Positions 53,281-56,864 of a stretch of DNA of 56,864 bases are shown piece after piece; positions within the stretch are counted from its first letter, which is position 1, and each line of letters begins with the position of its first letter. Both the position numbers and the translations under genes were made by a program. Under the pieces are notes generated by a model. It was not told where the DNA came from. It worked only from the letters and a program-made list of their open reading frames with translations, and made no database searches. The stretch comes from a virus. The stretch lies in the IMG/VR virus record IMGVR_UViG_3300045988_073657; one strand, given 5' to 3'.

Positions 53281-53766
53281 ATGAGCAAACGACCGGAAAT
53301 TACAAAGGAACTATCCATGTCATTGGAAAAATACATAAATCCTAAAAATGACACAAGAATTTATATGGCTAAAGAGGTCACATTTGATTATGCGACAACA
53401 CATGCAATCAGAGTGGACTATATGAAATTTAAGCCTGTTAATAACACAGTTTCCGGAATTGAAAAAGGGGATTTCTATTGTTATGAAGTAAAATCTTCTA
53501 TTGAAGACTTCAATTCAGGACACGGCTTGAACTTTATAGGCGATTACAATTATCTTGTGATGCCAGAAGAAGTTTATGCGGCGGTTTCAAATAAAATTCC
53601 TTACTTTGTAGGGGTACTTGTTCCAACAGAAAGCAGTTGGCGTAATAACTGGAGAGAATTGACAGTAATTAAGAAGGCAAAACGCAGAGACAGAGAAAAA
53701 CCATTATCGGAAATGCTTTTTATGATGTTTCGTTCTGCAGCAAGAGACAGATATAAAATTCATTAA
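53281..53766 (+). CDS. PD-(D/E)XK nuclease-like (MmcB-like) protein
   Basis: RVDYM...YCYEVKSSIEDF...DYNYLVMP. Confidence 0.5.
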   Translation: MSKRPEITKELSMSLEKYINPKNDTRIYMAKEVTFDYATTHAIRVDYMKFKPVNNTVSGIEKGDFYCYEVKSSIEDFNSGHGLNFIGDYNYLVMPEEVYAAVSNKIPYFVGVLVPTESSWRNNWRELTVIKKAKRRDREKPLSEMLFMMFRSAARDRYKIH

Positions 53767-53797
53767 ACTGAAATATTAGAATTTAGCGGAGGAAATC

Positions 53798-54151
53798 ATG
53801 GTGCTTGATTACAGAGAAATATCAAAGGCATGGGATGAACAGAAGCCAATCGGAGGAAGAAGCGGTGGAAAATCATTTTGGCTTGCTATCAAAATAGCTA
53901 TCGAAAAGCAGATACCACAGAAGCCGAGAATTGAAACCACAAAAGAAGTACCTAAAACCCACAATCTTGGACGATTATTATATTTCTACTGCCCAAGATG
54001 CGGAAAGTTTATTGTTGGGTCATATGAAACAGATAAAAAGCGTGGTGGCGGAATTTCCCAGAAGCTAAATGGATGCTCTAACTGCCTTCAATCTATAGAT
54101 TTTTCAGAATGGCAAAAGAAAGAATCAGATGATTTGGTATTAGAAGATTAA
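53798..54151 (+). CDS. Zinc-ribbon protein
   Basis: CPRC...CSNC. Confidence 0.5.
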   Translation: MVLDYREISKAWDEQKPIGGRSGGKSFWLAIKIAIEKQIPQKPRIETTKEVPKTHNLGRLLYFYCPRCGKFIVGSYETDKKRGGGISQKLNGCSNCLQSIDFSEWQKKESDDLVLED

Positions 54152-54174
54152 ATAACGATATCGGAGGTGTAGAA

Positions 54175-54612
54175 ATGGCAATTTTGAATTATACAACCAC
54201 AGTGGATTCATTTAAGACAGTATCAGAGATTGAGTACATTCTGATGAAGCATAAAGCAAAAAGTATCATGAAGAATTATGACGGAGAGTCAATAACAGGT
54301 CTTTCCTTCCTGATTGATACCGGTTTTAAGCAGATACCAGTGAGGTTGCCGGTAAAGGTGGATGAATGTCTGGAAGTGTTAAAAAAGGAGAAAAAGAACA
54401 GTCCGAGAAGCAGCATCAAGGCTACCAGGGAACAGGCAGAGCGTGTAGCATGGCGCATTTTGAAGGACTGGGTAGAAGCGCAGATGGCGCTGCTGGATAT
54501 TCAGATGGTGCGATTTGAAGAAATATTTCTGCCGTACATAGAAACCGGAAATGGACAGACCATTTATGAGAGACTGGAAGAAAAACAGTTCCTTCTTGAA
54601 GCGGTAAACTGA
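54175..54612 (+). CDS. Conserved hypothetical phage protein
   Basis: 145-aa ORF. Confidence 0.55.
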   Translation: MAILNYTTTVDSFKTVSEIEYILMKHKAKSIMKNYDGESITGLSFLIDTGFKQIPVRLPVKVDECLEVLKKEKKNSPRSSIKATREQAERVAWRILKDWVEAQMALLDIQMVRFEEIFLPYIETGNGQTIYERLEEKQFLLEAVN

Positions 54613-54650
54613 AATATCGGAAAAATTGTGTAACGAAAGGAGAGATAGGC

Positions 54651-54887
54651 ATGTTAAGTAAAATGAACGATCTGATGGGCGGATATACCGTTATAGTTAC
54701 CACAAAGCAGGTCCAACGGCGCAGGAACAAAAAGAAGCGCATCAATAAAAAGTGGATTAAGCGGTATGGATACATCACCAAAGATTGGCAAAAACGTGGA
54801 GAAACGGTTGTAGATCAGGTACATATGACTATGTATATGAATCAGGCAACATATAATGATCTGATTATTGCCCTGAAGAATAGGTAA
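54651..54887 (+). CDS. Hypothetical basic protein
   Basis: 78-aa ORF. Confidence 0.5.
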   Translation: MLSKMNDLMGGYTVIVTTKQVQRRRNKKKRINKKWIKRYGYITKDWQKRGETVVDQVHMTMYMNQATYNDLIIALKNR

Positions 54888-54903
54888 AAGAAAGGAGATA
54901 GGA

Positions 54904-55062
54904 ATGGCGAGACCGAAGAAAGAGGACGGTAAGAAGAACATCCGGAAAGACATCAGCATGGATCCGGAGCAATACGAGAGATTAATTGATTACTGCCGGC
55001 AGCAGGACAGACCTATCTCCTGGGTGATCCGGCAGGCACTGGACAATTATTTACCTGTGTAA
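54904..55062 (+). CDS. Ribbon-helix-helix (CopG-like) protein, 52 aa
   Basis: Hand translation MARPKKEDGKKNIRKDISMDPEQYERLIDYCRQQDRPISWVIRQALDNYL. Confidence 0.55.
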   Translation: MARPKKEDGKKNIRKDISMDPEQYERLIDYCRQQDRPISWVIRQALDNYLPV

Positions 55063-55064
55063 TT

Positions 55065-55082
55065 ATGTGTAACGTTACACAT
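55065..55082. promoter_or_regulatory. 18-bp perfect palindrome ATGTGTAACGTTACACAT (operator candidate)
   Basis: Read directly from the sequence; extra TGTGTAA half-sites at 55056 and 54627. Confidence 0.7.
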
Positions 55083-55114
55083 TAAAACTGAAATTTAGCG
55101 AAGGAGACTGGCTT

Positions 55115-55510
55115 ATGAAGTTGTCAAAACTGACTAAGCCGGAACTTGATGAAATCTTCCGGAACGCCAATTTTACGGAAGAGGAAGAGCAAGTGTTCAG
55201 CCTGTTATGCCGTGGTAAAAGCCTTGAGCAAATATCGGCTGTCACTTTCTTGCCAATATCAACATTGAGCAGACGAATTAAAGAAATCAAAAAGAAAGTA
55301 GGTGAAATAGACGTGGGAAAAACAGTTCCTATTTGGGAAAAAGTCACATTAACACTTGAAGAAGCTGCGGAGTACAGCAACATCGGCATTAACAAAATAA
55401 GAGAACTTTCAAACAACCCCAGATGTACCTTTGTTGTCTATGTAGGAAGAAGAAGACTGATTAAGAGAAAAGAGTTTGAAAAATTTATAACAGAGAATGT
55501 TGAATTGTAG
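55115..55510 (+). CDS. Sigma-70 region-4/LuxR-like HTH fused to an excisionase-family HTH domain
   Basis: EQVFSLLCRGKSLEQISAVTFLPISTLSRRIKEIK, then LTLEEAAEYSNIGINKIRELS...IKRKEFEKFI. Confidence 0.6.
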   Translation: MKLSKLTKPELDEIFRNANFTEEEEQVFSLLCRGKSLEQISAVTFLPISTLSRRIKEIKKKVGEIDVGKTVPIWEKVTLTLEEAAEYSNIGINKIRELSNNPRCTFVVYVGRRRLIKRKEFEKFITENVEL

Positions 55511-55583
55511 ACTTATAAAGCCTTATGTGATAAAATGTGAAATTGCATAAGGCTTTTCTCATAATGGAAAGGAGTGTAAAACA

Positions 55584-56714
55584 GTGGGAAAAGACCTAAA
55601 AGGAAAGGAACTGGGCTCTGGAATAAGCCAGCGCAAAGATGGTTTGTATGTTGGAAGATACACAAACAGAATAGGAAAACGTATTCAAAAAGTTTTCCCC
55701 AAATTGCAAGAGTGTAGGAAATGGTTGTCTGATTCTCAATACGAGGACGAACACACAAACCTTGATTTTCCAAAAGATATGCTTGTGGATGCATGGTACG
55801 ACTACTGGATTAAAATAAAAGAAAAGACCGTAAGATATAATACCTGTAGAAACTACAGAGAAAGATATGATAGGAATATATCACCTGTGATAGGAAAGAA
55901 AATTCTTAAAGATGTCACAACTATTGACTGTCAAAGGATTATGAACAAAATGTCTGATGAAGGATATAGGACAACGACAATCTATCAGGCAAGGATAGCA
56001 CTTTACAATATGCTTGACTATGCATATCAGAATGATGTTATATTGAAGAATCCATGCAATAAGACTGTAAAACACAATATTGGGAAATGTTCTACTAAAA
56101 AAGAAGCATTAACAATAGAACAACAGAAAATATTCTGCAATTCAATTACTGGGAGTTCTTATGAATATCAGTACAGATTTATATTGCAGACAGGACTTCG
56201 TACTGGTGAATTAGTCGGATTAAAATGGAGTGATGTTGATTTTAAGAATAAGACAATATCAATTCAAAGAGCAACGGAATATAGACATTCCAACAAAGAA
56301 TGGAAAACAGGAGAGCCAAAAAGTAAAGCCGGATACCGTACAATTCCTCTGACTGATGAAGCTGTAAATATTTTGAGATTGCAGAAGAAAAAGAACCAGT
56401 CATTTCAAATGATTGAAATGGAATGGAAAGATCAGGTTTTTCTGTGCAAAAAAGGAACACCAGTTAAAAACAGCACGTATGACACGGCACTTTTTAAAAT
56501 TTGCGAAAAATGTAATCTTCCTAAGTTTTCTATGCACGTTTTGAGACATACTTTTGCTACTAGATGTATTGAAGCCGGAATGATTCCTAAGACACTTCAA
56601 ACAATTTTGGGGCATTCAAATATATCTATTACAATGAATTTATATGTGCATACAACAGAAGATCAGAAGAGCAAAGAAATGGAAAAAGTGGCGTGTGCGC
56701 TTAAAGTAGTCTAA
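55584..56714 (+). CDS. int: Tyrosine integrase
   Basis: GTG start; C-terminal HVLRHTFATRCIEAG...LGHSNISITMNLYVH. Confidence 0.9.
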   Translation: MGKDLKGKELGSGISQRKDGLYVGRYTNRIGKRIQKVFPKLQECRKWLSDSQYEDEHTNLDFPKDMLVDAWYDYWIKIKEKTVRYNTCRNYRERYDRNISPVIGKKILKDVTTIDCQRIMNKMSDEGYRTTTIYQARIALYNMLDYAYQNDVILKNPCNKTVKHNIGKCSTKKEALTIEQQKIFCNSITGSSYEYQYRFILQTGLRTGELVGLKWSDVDFKNKTISIQRATEYRHSNKEWKTGEPKSKAGYRTIPLTDEAVNILRLQKKKNQSFQMIEMEWKDQVFLCKKGTPVKNSTYDTALFKICEKCNLPKFSMHVLRHTFATRCIEAGMIPKTLQTILGHSNISITMNLYVHTTEDQKSKEMEKVACALKVV

Positions 56715-56737
56715 AATTGGTACGTAATTGGTACGTA
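56713..56737 (+). repeat. 25-bp direct repeat, copy 2, starting at the last base of the integrase stop codon
   Basis: Exact match to 133-157. Confidence 0.8.
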
Positions 56738-56800
56738 AACAGTATATTAAAACTAAGAAATGCTGATAAATACTATGTTTTTAAGGAGGTAAAATTAAAA

Positions 56801-56836
56801 ATGAAATTAGGTATCGTAATTAAAAGCCATTTTTAA
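56801..56836 (+). CDS. 11-codon mini-ORF (MKLGIVIKSHF) with a strong SD
   Basis: AAGGAGGT at 56783-56790, 10 nt before the ATG. Confidence 0.25.
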   Translation: MKLGIVIKSHF

Positions 56837-56864
56837 CGTATATTAACATAATGCGTTATATGCC
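56810..56864. repeat. Terminal overlap, identical to 1-55
   Basis: Direct comparison of the two window ends. Confidence 0.95.

Overview
The window is one complete, circularly closed genome of about 56.8 kb: bases 1-55 are identical to 56810-56864. It looks like a temperate siphovirus-type phage of a low-GC, spore-forming Firmicute, probably Clostridia-like. The host guess rests on GGAGG ribosome-binding sites, a Cheo-type SOS box and a Spo0A_C-like gene. Gene order from position 1: attP-like region; a five-to-six gene module of compositionally extreme proteins (254-3599); a minus-strand membrane moron; a GC-rich island of conjugative-element-like small genes (about 4980-6400); RHH and AP2 regulators; iteron arrays; terS (8884) and HNH (9756); a 1.8 kb ORF-free RNA island (11390-12960) holding 4-5 tRNAs and a roughly 510 nt hairpin-dense candidate large ncRNA; terL (13764); portal, scaffold and capsid; head-tail genes with holins and a GH25 endolysin inserted among them; tape measure, Dit-like and Tal-like proteins; and the tail fibre (31456-32772) followed by an inverted, promoterless alternative fibre C-terminus. 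Then come two repressors with an SOS-box promoter, a long early operon (antirepressor, SLT, Spo0A_C-like protein, SbcC-like ATPase, RecT, MBL hydrolase, GIY-YIG, three methyltransferases, Lar, replisome organizer) and finally RHH, a sigma/Xis-like fusion and a tyrosine integrase (55584-56714). The findings I consider most worth a second look are the tRNA-embedded large structured RNA, the candidate invertible tail-fibre cassette, the unrecognisable low-complexity/C1q-like module next to attP, a split C5-methyltransferase interrupted at a G8 tract, and an SOS-box-controlled 35-aa ORF beside the CI-like repressor. All functional calls come from reading motifs by eye. No database search or RNA covariance model was run.
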